Positions 40,949 to 48,930 are shown, counted from the stretch's first letter. The stretch: DNA of 64,000 bases from Oscillospiraceae bacterium (GCA_015067495.1 SVMI01000005.1:41599-105598), one strand, 5' to 3'. Notes: generated by a model not told the origin, from the sequence alone. Translations and numbers: made by a program.

Positions 40949-41851
40949 ATGGAATTCCCGTGGCAGGAAATTGCATCAGCAGCTAATTTGTTGGCATCCC
41001 TTTCGGTTTTTTCAGGCATTATAGTCTATAAACTAGAAAAATCTGATACAGCAATTTACAATGTGCAACGAGCAATTATTAAATTCAGAGCCAATGTCCA
41101 GGCTCTTGATCGGGATTTTAGAACAGAATTATTCAGTGAAATGGCAGCATCTACTATATACGCTGATTCATTATCATCTATATATCCCAAGATTCTCTCG
41201 GAACTTAATAATTCCATCAAAGAATACCAATCATTATCTCGTAAGAAGCAAGATGCTTTCTTGAAAACAGCTTCAGTAAAACTTATTAAATTAATCGGTG
41301 CAATTCCAACATCTGTTTCTACCCCATTAGTATTACGAACAGAGGATAGGATTGAAGAGCTAATTAAAGAGTCTTTGCCATTCACTCCTCATTTTGCTGG
41401 ATTAGAGCGAGTCGCAACAACAGTTTACCATTTGTATTTCCAATTATTAAATAAGTATCGGGCAATTTGCTTGGATCTTAAAAACTGGGAAGTCGTATTC
41501 AAAAACATTATTTGCAACGAAGTTGTACTTGATAACGTGGAAGAACTCAAGTATACACTATGTATTCATTTAGCGGCATTGCAAAATACAATTGCTGCCG
41601 AACACGATCAAGCAGATATTGATATAGTTGTTAAAATTGTTAACCTAATCTGTAATGCATATCTCTCGAAAAGCACACATGAATTAAAGAAGCTTAGAAA
41701 AAGCAAAGTTTCACTATTGCCCTTTGAATCATCTGATACATATGTGGCACAATTTACTGAGGCACAAAAAGCATTTAGAGAAGTGCTTTCTCGAGATGAG
41801 GAAAATGCTTATTCAAATTATGTAAAAGAATTTGAAATGAACAACCAATAA
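40949..41851 (+). CDS. Hypothetical cargo protein (N-terminal hydrophobic helix, alpha-helical body)
   Basis: 300-aa AT-rich ORF with AAGGAGG RBS; no motif recognised. Confidence 0.75.
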   Translation: MEFPWQEIASAANLLASLSVFSGIIVYKLEKSDTAIYNVQRAIIKFRANVQALDRDFRTELFSEMAASTIYADSLSSIYPKILSELNNSIKEYQSLSRKKQDAFLKTASVKLIKLIGAIPTSVSTPLVLRTEDRIEELIKESLPFTPHFAGLERVATTVYHLYFQLLNKYRAICLDLKNWEVVFKNIICNEVVLDNVEELKYTLCIHLAALQNTIAAEHDQADIDIVVKIVNLICNAYLSKSTHELKKLRKSKVSLLPFESSDTYVAQFTEAQKAFREVLSRDEENAYSNYVKEFEMNNQ

Positions 41852-41852
41852 T

Positions 41853-41893
41853 CAAAAAAGAGAGGTGTTGCCTTAACAACGCCTCTCTTTTTG
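41853..41893. terminator. Bidirectional terminator between convergent cargo units
   Basis: CAAAAAAGAGAGGTGTTG...CAACGCCTCTCTTTTTG. Confidence 0.75.
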
Positions 41894-42292
41894 TTAATCA
41901 TTTTCAGAAACTGAAACAGTGGAAACAGTAGTTGATTCTCCCAATCTAAGCTTGTGTCCCATACTATTCAAGATAGCAACTGCTTTTTCAGCTATTGTCT
42001 CATGAATGATTTTAGGGCAATAATCCGCTGCAACGGCGCTACGGTTTTCTGGAATCGGGTCGAACTTGAACACAAATTCCGTTTCACAAGTCATCTTCAG
42101 CAACTCTTCACTCGGATCTTTTATTACACAATCTGCCTTTATCAAGATGGTAGGGTCGGTTTCATCCTTGGGCTCATAAACAGAAGCGGAGTGATTAACT
42201 TCAATTTGAGTAATAGCGGATTCTTCAAAATTAACGTCTACAGTTAACTTGTTAATATGCGAGCTAAGCAATTCAACACAATAACCAGCCAC
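41894..42292 (-). CDS. Small acidic protein, putative SecB-like chaperone
   Basis: GTG start with AGGAGG RBS overlapping the hicB stop; four beta-strand-like segments followed by a long helix ending SMGH; size and position fit a TAC chaperone. Fold is inferred by eye. Confidence 0.5.
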   Translation of the reverse strand: MAGYCVELLSSHINKLTVDVNFEESAITQIEVNHSASVYEPKDETDPTILIKADCVIKDPSEELLKMTCETEFVFKFDPIPENRSAVAADYCPKIIHETIAEKAVAILNSMGHKLRLGESTTVSTVSVSEND

Positions 42293-42303
42293 GATTCTAC
42301 CTC

Positions 42304-42759
42304 CTAAGATAATTGAGTGCTAGGCATCGAGTGATACCTATTGGTGTCAACCCTATCACTAAATGCATGCATAGTTGCTGCTTGCTGGACAACCGGTAAC
42401 TGAACGATAACTTCTTTGTATCGTACTGGCTTGATATATTCTTCGATTGCCTGTTGAATAAACTGATTTAAGGACACACCATCCTCCTCAGCTTTAAGGG
42501 CCGCTTTTCGATGTAATTCCTGAGGAATTCTAACGTTAAATGATCCTTTGTATTCTTTATCAGGGGCAATGCCTCTTGCTTCACAGATTTCTAAATAAGT
42601 GTCGATGCAATCATGAAATGATTCTTTGACCTCTTCAATAGAAGCACCGTGAAAGTTCAGAGAATCTCTAATACCAAATACCGAACCAACCAAAATACCG
42701 TCATCCGCATCAAATTCGACTTTGGCATGATAGCCTTTGTATGAGAGCATGTTGGACAT
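42304..42759 (-). CDS. hicB: HicB family antitoxin with about 40-aa C-terminal extension
   Basis: LSYKGYHAKVEFDADDGILVG..NFHGASIEEVKESF, then RHH GSFNVRIPQELHRKAALKA..SLNQFI. Confidence 0.9.
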   Translation of the reverse strand: MSNMLSYKGYHAKVEFDADDGILVGSVFGIRDSLNFHGASIEEVKESFHDCIDTYLEICEARGIAPDKEYKGSFNVRIPQELHRKAALKAEEDGVSLNQFIQQAIEEYIKPVRYKEVIVQLPVVQQAATMHAFSDRVDTNRYHSMPSTQLS

Positions 42760-42771
42760 AAAAATTTCTCC

Positions 42772-43029
42772 TTATGATTCGCCAATATCTTCGAGAAATG
42801 TACGAACCTTTTTTATTTGATAGGAATATAATTCCTTTCCGGGGTGAGGACCATCAAAAATAAGTTTGCGTCCAGTAGATGTATGGATATATGCGATAGC
42901 AGAACCCCGTCCACCTGAACATTTTTCGCAGCCGCACATGCGCATGAGCGCATCTAGTTCATTGACGGTAAAGTTCTTTGGGATACTTTTGCGCCATATT
43001 TTTTCCATAAGATCTTCTTTCTTCGGCAA
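42772..43029 (-). CDS. hicA: HicA family mRNase toxin
   Basis: TTG start with GGAGGTG RBS; FTVNELDALM, GRGS, PHPGKELYSYQIKKVR. Confidence 0.85.
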   Translation of the reverse strand: MPKKEDLMEKIWRKSIPKNFTVNELDALMRMCGCEKCSGGRGSAIAYIHTSTGRKLIFDGPHPGKELYSYQIKKVRTFLEDIGES

Positions 43030-43050
43030 ACCTGATCCACCTCCCCATCG

Positions 43051-43111
43051 TTAGTATGCAACTAAGTTTTAGTTGCATACTAATAATACATGTTTATTTT
43101 ATTCAAGTCAA
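43051..43111 (-). promoter_or_regulatory. hicAB promoter with palindromic operator
   Basis: TTGACT-17-TATTAT (43111-43083) and a perfect 15-bp inverted repeat TTAGTATGCAACTAA-3 nt-TTAGTTGCATACTAA (43051-43083) over the start site. Confidence 0.75.
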
Positions 43112-43142
43112 TACACAAAATGAGAAAAATGTAAATATCTAT

Positions 43143-44621
43143 TTACAAAAATGGTAACGATGCTTGCATTGCATTTGCAGAGATCCTTTTGCTGTTGCTG
43201 TCCAAGTGAGTATATATGTTTGATGTTGTGCCAATATCACTATGCCCAAGCCATTCTTGGATATCCTTTAGTCCGATGCCACAAGCATAAAGCAAACTGG
43301 CGCAGCTATGGCGCAGATCGTGGAAACGTATCTTTTTTAGGCTATTCCTTTCCAGCAACAAAGCGAAGTGCTGTGTTACGAAATTGGGCTTCAGCAGATG
43401 TCCCATTGGATCAACACAGACATAATCCAGGTATTCCTTGCAGTAATCTCTCCCAAAGGATTGCTGGTTTTGTATTTGCGTTTCTTTAACCTTACAAAGC
43501 AGCTTTTCGAACGGAGGAACAAGTGGGAGTGTCCGATAGCTGGAGGCCGTTTTTGTTCCATCCTTCTGAATTATCTTCGTGTGCCCGTTGAGTGTTGTTT
43601 GTACCACGGTGTGATTGATGCAGATTGTTTTCCTCTCAAAGTCGATGGCACTCCATTTTAGTCCGATAACCTCACTGCGACGAAGCCCATAGAACGCCGC
43701 TGCTAAGATTGGCAATTCCAAAGGGTCATCCTTGGCCATAAGAAATAGCTGTTGCAATTCATGTTGGTTATAGATGTTTGTATGAAATCTGTCTTTACTG
43801 GGTTTCTCAATGCGATCAGCAGGATTGGACTTTATCAGTCCCAACCGAAACGCATATTGTAAACAGCTGTGAATATTAGCATGGCGTCTAATAACCGTTG
43901 CCGGTGCCAATCCCTCAGACAGAAGATACTGATAATACTCCTGAATATATTTCGGGCGATGCTCCAACTGTTTCAATGTAAGCTGTTTAGGGTCAAAGAA
44001 CGGGATGATGCTTTTCTCTACATTTGAGACATAAGAAGCATATGTAGTTACGGCGATCTTTGATTGCACAACATCCAGCCAGTCAAATAGAAAGTCTGTA
44101 AATAGTATTGTTTCATAAGTACAGGGATTCACTTTAATTGCAGGATTCTCCTTGAGCCACTTTAGCTCTATTGCATACTCCAAGGCAGATGTAAATATGG
44201 CGTGATAAAGTTTTAGTTGTTTGATCCCAGCGCCATTCTCCTCCTGTTCATAGCAATAAAACCGTTCAAGTTCATTAGGGGTCAATTCGGTAAGCTTTAT
44301 CCTATTTGTCAGAAAGTACGGCTGAATATTTGCGCTTAAGGAATAAGCATATCCAGCATACAGTGCGGGTGGAATAGCTGATGCTCTATCATGTATCCAC
44401 TTGTCAATGAAATCAGCAAACAGCATATCAGCGTTTTCAAGCTCGTTTCTGGGGTTAAAATGCTGACGGGTATCCAGCAACATTTGTTCTGCCTTTGCCT
44501 TGTTGCCCTCTACTGTGAGTCTTGTGCTGATAGATTTACTCTTGCGTTTCCCGTCTTTTCCTTTCCAATTCAGTACCATTTGGTAGTATCCGTTTTGCTC
44601 CCTTAGATGCCCAGCAACCAT
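43143..44621 (-). CDS. int: Site-specific tyrosine integrase
   Basis: N-terminal arm-binding segment, two core-binding-like domains, catalytic YGLRRSE, FHDLRHS, LGHSD, NIYTH. Confidence 0.93.
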   Translation of the reverse strand: MVAGHLREQNGYYQMVLNWKGKDGKRKSKSISTRLTVEGNKAKAEQMLLDTRQHFNPRNELENADMLFADFIDKWIHDRASAIPPALYAGYAYSLSANIQPYFLTNRIKLTELTPNELERFYCYEQEENGAGIKQLKLYHAIFTSALEYAIELKWLKENPAIKVNPCTYETILFTDFLFDWLDVVQSKIAVTTYASYVSNVEKSIIPFFDPKQLTLKQLEHRPKYIQEYYQYLLSEGLAPATVIRRHANIHSCLQYAFRLGLIKSNPADRIEKPSKDRFHTNIYNQHELQQLFLMAKDDPLELPILAAAFYGLRRSEVIGLKWSAIDFERKTICINHTVVQTTLNGHTKIIQKDGTKTASSYRTLPLVPPFEKLLCKVKETQIQNQQSFGRDYCKEYLDYVCVDPMGHLLKPNFVTQHFALLLERNSLKKIRFHDLRHSCASLLYACGIGLKDIQEWLGHSDIGTTSNIYTHLDSNSKRISANAMQASLPFL

Positions 44622-44736
44622 ATTTCATCCTCCTTTACTAATACTATGTTGTGCTGCTAATGGTATAGATCAATTTTCGCATACATTGGAACTAGCAAAA
44701 GGCACCCGCTGCCGGGTGCCTTCGTCGTTAATATGA

Positions 44737-44979
44737 TTAAATCTGCGCTTTAAGTTTTAGACGATATTTTGCGTAATGGGTTCCGAGAATGTAGTCGATC
44801 ACCCACTCCTTCGGAATTAAGTAGGTACTATGGATATAGTAGTGCCTTACATAGTTTCCGCGCAAAAGTTTTCTTGCTGTCTGATCAGCGATACCACCCA
44901 GCATTTCACAAAACTGTGGGAGTGTCACAACTGCAGGATAATTCTCAAAGCGGTCACGATAGTATTTTCGGTTTCTCAT
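44737..44979 (-). CDS. Excisionase-like HTH DNA-binding protein
   Basis: VVTLPQFCEMLGGIADQTARKLLR..YLIPKEWVIDYI; small, basic, directly upstream of the integrase. Confidence 0.7.
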   Translation of the reverse strand: MRNRKYYRDRFENYPAVVTLPQFCEMLGGIADQTARKLLRGNYVRHYYIHSTYLIPKEWVIDYILGTHYAKYRLKLKAQI

Positions 44980-45267
44980 GAAGTCAGCCCTTTCCAATGT
45001 GAATTGTCAATGACGGATGAGGCTGTTGTAGCATTTTCTGTATTTCAATTTGTGTCGATGGTGACACATCCCTCCAATATCCCTCCAACGAGCAAAAAAT
45101 CCCGTCAAATCAGATGTCACTTTCTACAAGCAGAATTGCTTGTAAATTTAAAGTTCTCTGAAAATTCCGAACTTTTTATAAGTATTTTTCTTAAATAAAT
45201 GCGCTACGTCAAGTGGAATATTCCACTCCATTCCGCTATATTCCACTAGATACCAGACGATGACAAT

Positions 45268-45324
45268 GACTCAAAATCCACCGCTGGCGACAGCGTGCCG
45301 GTTCGAGTCCGGCCACCGGCACCA
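45268..45324 (+). pseudogene. 3' half of the interrupted host tRNA-Leu(CAA) (attR side)
   Basis: GACTCAAAATCCACCGCTGGCGACAGCGTGCCGGTTCGAGTCCGGCCACCGGCACCA; joined to 40523-40551 it gives an 86-nt tRNA with a perfect GTGGA/TCCAC anticodon stem. Confidence 0.9.
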
Positions 45325-45329
45325 AAGCG

Positions 45330-45359
45330 AAGCACGACCCCAACTGGGGTCGTTCTTTT
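45330..45359 (+). terminator. Terminator after tRNA-Leu; near-duplicate at 45976-46005
   Basis: AAGCACGACCCCAA-CT-GGGGTCGTTCTTTT versus AAGCACGACCCCAA-GC-GGGGTCGTGCTTTT. Confidence 0.75.
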
Positions 45360-45376
45360 CTTATTGGCATCACCAA

Positions 45377-45453
45377 GGCGGGCGGATCATATCCGCCCCT
45401 ACGATGTAATGTGGAAATGCGCGTTAAATGTAGGGCGGGTGCTTTCTCCCGCC
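45377..45453. repeat. Inverted pair of GTAG-type REP elements (REPIN-like)
   Basis: 45377-45402 (minus: GTAGGGGCGGATATGATCCGCCC) and 45430-45453 (plus: GTAGGGCGGG..CCCGCC). Confidence 0.6.
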
Positions 45454-45461
45454 GCCACGCC

Positions 45462-45653
45462 TCATTTTTGCAAACGTTCCGTTACCTCGCATAACCATTC
45501 TGCAATGATGTACCGCATTTTAACCCTGACGATTACTCGTTTCCATTGACAGCACTCCTCGCAGAAGTCCGGCTTCCGCGACATCACGAATTTCTTTGGC
45601 TGATCGTTTGTATCCATGATTTTGTTCCAACAGTCTAAGCAAAATTCTGACAT
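45462..45653 (-). CDS. Small hypothetical protein with CxxC...CxxC
   Basis: MSEFCLDCWN...FCEECC; GAGGTG RBS. Confidence 0.65.
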   Translation of the reverse strand: MSEFCLDCWNKIMDTNDQPKKFVMSRKPDFCEECCQWKRVIVRVKMRYIIAEWLCEVTERLQK

Positions 45654-45673
45654 AATTTCACCTCTAATAATAT

Positions 45674-45696
45674 GGTATACTTAAAATAAGTATACC
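45674..45696. promoter_or_regulatory. Palindromic operator candidate between two divergent small genes
   Basis: GGTATACTTA-AAA-TAAGTATACC; extra half-site TATACTTAA near 45728. Confidence 0.5.
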
Positions 45697-45757
45697 ACGA
45701 CCATTATAGCACAAATTCATCTTAAAATATACTTAAATTGAGATTTTGAGGTGAATT

Positions 45758-45952
45758 ATGAGAAATAAGAACAACAAGCACCTCGGCATAGAGGTCGAGC
45801 CGGAGCTTCACTATAAGCTGCATTATATTGCGAAGTATGAAGGTAGATCCGGCAATGGTCAGATTTTGCATTTGATCCGTCAGTGTGTTCGTGAATTTGA
45901 AGAAAAACAGGGAACAATCACTGTGCCATTTGATGCTGAAAAAAGATCCTGA
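45758..45952 (+). CDS. Ribbon-helix-helix (Arc-like) DNA-binding protein
   Basis: KHLGIEVEPELHYKLHYIAKYEGRSGNGQILHLIR; GAGGTG RBS. Confidence 0.7.
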   Translation: MRNKNNKHLGIEVEPELHYKLHYIAKYEGRSGNGQILHLIRQCVREFEEKQGTITVPFDAEKRS

Positions 45953-46005
45953 TTGACGATTGTGAATAATGCTGAAAGCACGACCCCAAGCGGGGTCGTG
46001 CTTTT

Positions 46006-46893
46006 TTATTCCTCCAGTGCTTTCTTTTGCAGAGCGCGGTATTCCTTGCGGTGGGCGTTGGGGGTCTTGCTACGGGAAGCGTGGAACATCTTGGTAAAGT
46101 AGGAGCTGCTGCCCCAGCCGGTGCGCATGGCGATCTCCGTCACCGGCAGATCGGTGGTCTCCAACAGCTTTGCCGCCGCCTGAAGGCGGTATTCCATCAG
46201 GTATTCCATGGGCGACTGCCGTATGGACGCCTGAAAACAGCGCAGGCACTCCCGGGTGCTGATGGCACTGACATCCGCGATCTGCTGCAGGGTCAGCTTT
46301 TTCTCATAGTTTTCCTGAATAAAGGAGAGCATCGTCAGGATGCGATCCTGGTTCTTGAGGGGGGAAGCCTTCAGCTCCGTCTGCTGCAGTTGTTCCAGAA
46401 GCAGAAGCCAGATCTCGCTGAGCAGGTTGCGGGTCTGAAATTCCACATCGGATTTGCTTTGCAGACGGGAAAGCTGGCGCAGCTTTTGCAGAAGCTGCCG
46501 TTGCGTATCCGTTTCGCCCCGCACCGGCAGCAGGTCAAGCTTGCGGTTTTGGATGACCGGGTCTAAGTATTTGGTTTCAAACACGCTTTTGAAATGCCCG
46601 CCCAGAAAAACAGGGTGAAACAGGTGCGAGTCGATCACGCAGTCAGCACCATCGGTCATGGCGGTGAGTACATTGCTGTTGATGAAAAAGCCCTCGTCCT
46701 TGGAAAAAACCTGTGACTGTCCTGCAGTGGCGACCTTGACGCTGCCTTCCTGAATGTAGCAAAATTCCAGTGCCTCGTGCCAGTGCCATGGGATGGCGGT
46801 CTTACTCAGATCCACGTGGTGAAAGACATAGGGGTACTCGTTGTAGAGTCCCTCCACCTCTTCCATTTGGTTGTTTCGGATGCGCAGCTTCAT
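46006..46893 (-). CDS. AraC family transcriptional regulator
   Basis: PWHWHEALE cupin motif; C-terminal HTH (SSSYFTKMF); start taken at MKLRIR. Confidence 0.9.
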   Translation of the reverse strand: MKLRIRNNQMEEVEGLYNEYPYVFHHVDLSKTAIPWHWHEALEFCYIQEGSVKVATAGQSQVFSKDEGFFINSNVLTAMTDGADCVIDSHLFHPVFLGGHFKSVFETKYLDPVIQNRKLDLLPVRGETDTQRQLLQKLRQLSRLQSKSDVEFQTRNLLSEIWLLLLEQLQQTELKASPLKNQDRILTMLSFIQENYEKKLTLQQIADVSAISTRECLRCFQASIRQSPMEYLMEYRLQAAAKLLETTDLPVTEIAMRTGWGSSSYFTKMFHASRSKTPNAHRKEYRALQKKALEE

Positions 46894-47052
46894 TTTGCAT
46901 GATCCTTTCATAATTGTGATGTAATTGGCGAGATCGTTATATTATTTGGCTGTATTATAATTGTAAAATGCATGATTTGGTCTATAATTATATTAGCAGG
47001 AACGAAATGAAAAGTAAAGAACAATCTGTGCAAAATGAAAGGAGATCATACG

Positions 47053-47133
47053 ATGACTACTGTACTGTTGGTTGTGGCTTTGTTTGGCTCGGTTTACGGA
47101 TTGAATCTTCTGGAAAACTGGCTGTCCCATTAA
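47053..47133 (+). CDS. 26-aa hydrophobic small protein MTTVLLVVALFGSVYGLNLLENWLSH
   Basis: GAAAGGAGA RBS 7 nt upstream, TAA stop, terminator 47139-47165; below the ORF-track size cutoff. Confidence 0.5.
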   Translation: MTTVLLVVALFGSVYGLNLLENWLSH

Positions 47134-47169
47134 GAAGAAAGACCACCGGCATCGCCGGTGGTCTTATTT

Positions 47170-48177
47170 TTATCTTGTTCCGAACTGCTCGTACAGTGCT
47201 AAAACCTCGTCGATGGTGCCGACACCCTCGGATGCGCCGGGCTGGCTGAGAGAAGCTGCTGCCGTGCAGGCAGCGATCTTCAAAGCCTGCGGCATGGGCA
47301 GCTTTTTGTGTGCCGCGTACAGAATGCCTGCGCAGAAGGCATCGCCTGCACCGACAGTGCCTTTGATGAAGCCCTTGGGCAGCTTCAGGCTGGGCAGCTC
47401 ATAGTAGTTGCCCTTTTCGTCAATGCCGCAGCCGATCTCAGGGCAATGGATGACAGCCCATGTGGAAACGCCCAGCTCCTTCAGCCTGCGAAGGGCAGCT
47501 TCCATATTTTCCCGATGCAGCGTGCCGTCCTCGTCACGGAGCTGCACGCCCGTGGTCTGCTGGGCTTCCAGCTCGTTGATCACGCAGAAATCTGTATATT
47601 TCAGTGCGGGGGTGACCAGCCGTGCAAAGCGGTCGCCGTTCTCGGATACCACATCGATAGAGGTGCGGATGCCCATTTTCTGAACCCGGTGCAGCAGACG
47701 CGCCATTTTGGTGCCGTATTCATCATCTGCTTCGTCCAGCGCGGGCAGCAGGAGAATGTAACCGATGTGGAAAATGTCCACATCCAGATCGTCCCAGTTG
47801 ATATGTGCCTCGCCGTAGCCGGCATTGGAGCCTGCATACTGGAAGAAGGTGCGCTCCTTGGTCTGATTATTGCTCATGACGGCAGTGAAAGAGGTCTGAC
47901 CGTCACGGCGAACCATACGCATGTCAATATTCGGATACTGCTTCATTTCCTTCAGCAGAAAATCGCCTTCGGCATCGTGACCTGCAAAGCCGGATGCAGC
48001 AAGGGGAAGGGTGGGGTCAAGACGGGCAAGATCCGAAATGGTATTGCACACGCTGCCGCCGGAGGTGCGGACAATGTCGCCCACAATGTGGGTCAGCTCG
48101 TTCTGGTGCGGCCATGTTTCGATGGGGTAGGTGATATCAACGATCATGTTGCCGGCACAGCAAATCGCCTTTTTCAT
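47170..48177 (-). CDS. PfkB family carbohydrate kinase
   Basis: SGGSVCN near the N-terminus, GTVGAGDAFCAG signature. Confidence 0.9.
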   Translation of the reverse strand: MKKAICCAGNMIVDITYPIETWPHQNELTHIVGDIVRTSGGSVCNTISDLARLDPTLPLAASGFAGHDAEGDFLLKEMKQYPNIDMRMVRRDGQTSFTAVMSNNQTKERTFFQYAGSNAGYGEAHINWDDLDVDIFHIGYILLLPALDEADDEYGTKMARLLHRVQKMGIRTSIDVVSENGDRFARLVTPALKYTDFCVINELEAQQTTGVQLRDEDGTLHRENMEAALRRLKELGVSTWAVIHCPEIGCGIDEKGNYYELPSLKLPKGFIKGTVGAGDAFCAGILYAAHKKLPMPQALKIAACTAAASLSQPGASEGVGTIDEVLALYEQFGTR

Positions 48178-48261
48178 AATACAGTTCCTCCTGTTGGTTT
48201 CATGGTGCTATTGTATCACCGCTGTCGGTGAAAAGCAAGGAAAACCCTCTTACATCATATA

Positions 48262-48930
48262 TTATACATCCGTGCTGAGCCGAAACCATGAACCCTTGGT
48301 CTCGAGAGCACCGTCGGAACGCAGCTTGCTCAGCTCTGCTGACATCGCGCTGCGCTCGACACCCAGATAATCCGCCAATGCCTGACGGCTCAGGGGGATC
48401 GTAAATTCCGGGCTGCCCTGCAGCTTTGCCTGCTCCAGAAGGTAAGCCATCAGCTTTTCCCGGGTGGTCTTGCGGGACATGACCCGGATCTTGCTGCTGA
48501 GCAGCAGACTCTTGTAGGCGACCACCTGCAGGAGATTTTTGACCAACGTGTTGTGAAAGCCGCAGGCGTTGGAGCAGACGGTGAGCATCTTGCGGCACTC
48601 CAACCAAAGAATTTTGCAGTCCCGCAGCGCATAGCCGCTGACGGGCATGGTGTCCGCCTTGGCGCAGGCGAAGGCTTCACCGAACAGCTCGCCCGCTTGC
48701 GCCACCATCATCAGACTGCGATTGCCGTAGAAATCGTCGTGGACGATCTCTACTGCACCTTCCAGTACAAAGCCGATCGAGCCTGCCGGATCGCCCTCGA
48801 GGAAGACAGGTGCGCCCTTGGAGAAGGAGACTGTGCGGGCGGAAAGGCAGTGCAGCAGGCCGGACAGCTCTTTACGGCTGATCCCATGGAACAGAGAATT
48901 TTGCAGCAGAAGATCGAAATATTTTTCCAT
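48262..48930 (-). CDS. Crp/Fnr family transcriptional regulator (HcpR-like)
   Basis: GELFGEAF cNMP-binding fold; SRQALADYLGVERSAMSAELSKL HTH. Confidence 0.9.
   Translation of the reverse strand: MEKYFDLLLQNSLFHGISRKELSGLLHCLSARTVSFSKGAPVFLEGDPAGSIGFVLEGAVEIVHDDFYGNRSLMMVAQAGELFGEAFACAKADTMPVSGYALRDCKILWLECRKMLTVCSNACGFHNTLVKNLLQVVAYKSLLLSSKIRVMSRKTTREKLMAYLLEQAKLQGSPEFTIPLSRQALADYLGVERSAMSAELSKLRSDGALETKGSWFRLSTDV

Larger units (their letters stand above)
40552..45277. mobile_element. 4.7 kb tyrosine-integrase element inserted in the tRNA-Leu(CAA) anticodon loop
   Basis: 10-bp core GACTCAAAAT at 40552-40561 and 45268-45277; integrase and excisionase-like genes; AT-rich; shared motifs at both ends. 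Confidence 0.9.

Noticed and set aside
40735-44000. The internal tRNA-Leu core (40735-40744) as the true attL
   Set aside because: Joining it to the 45268 half gives a mismatched anticodon stem (GAGGA/TCCAC), whereas the 40552 core gives a perfect stem and is the one flanked by the shared end motifs.
40552-45277. Island as a prophage or conjugative element
   Set aside because: No capsid, terminase, primase, relaxase or T4SS genes within the att sites.
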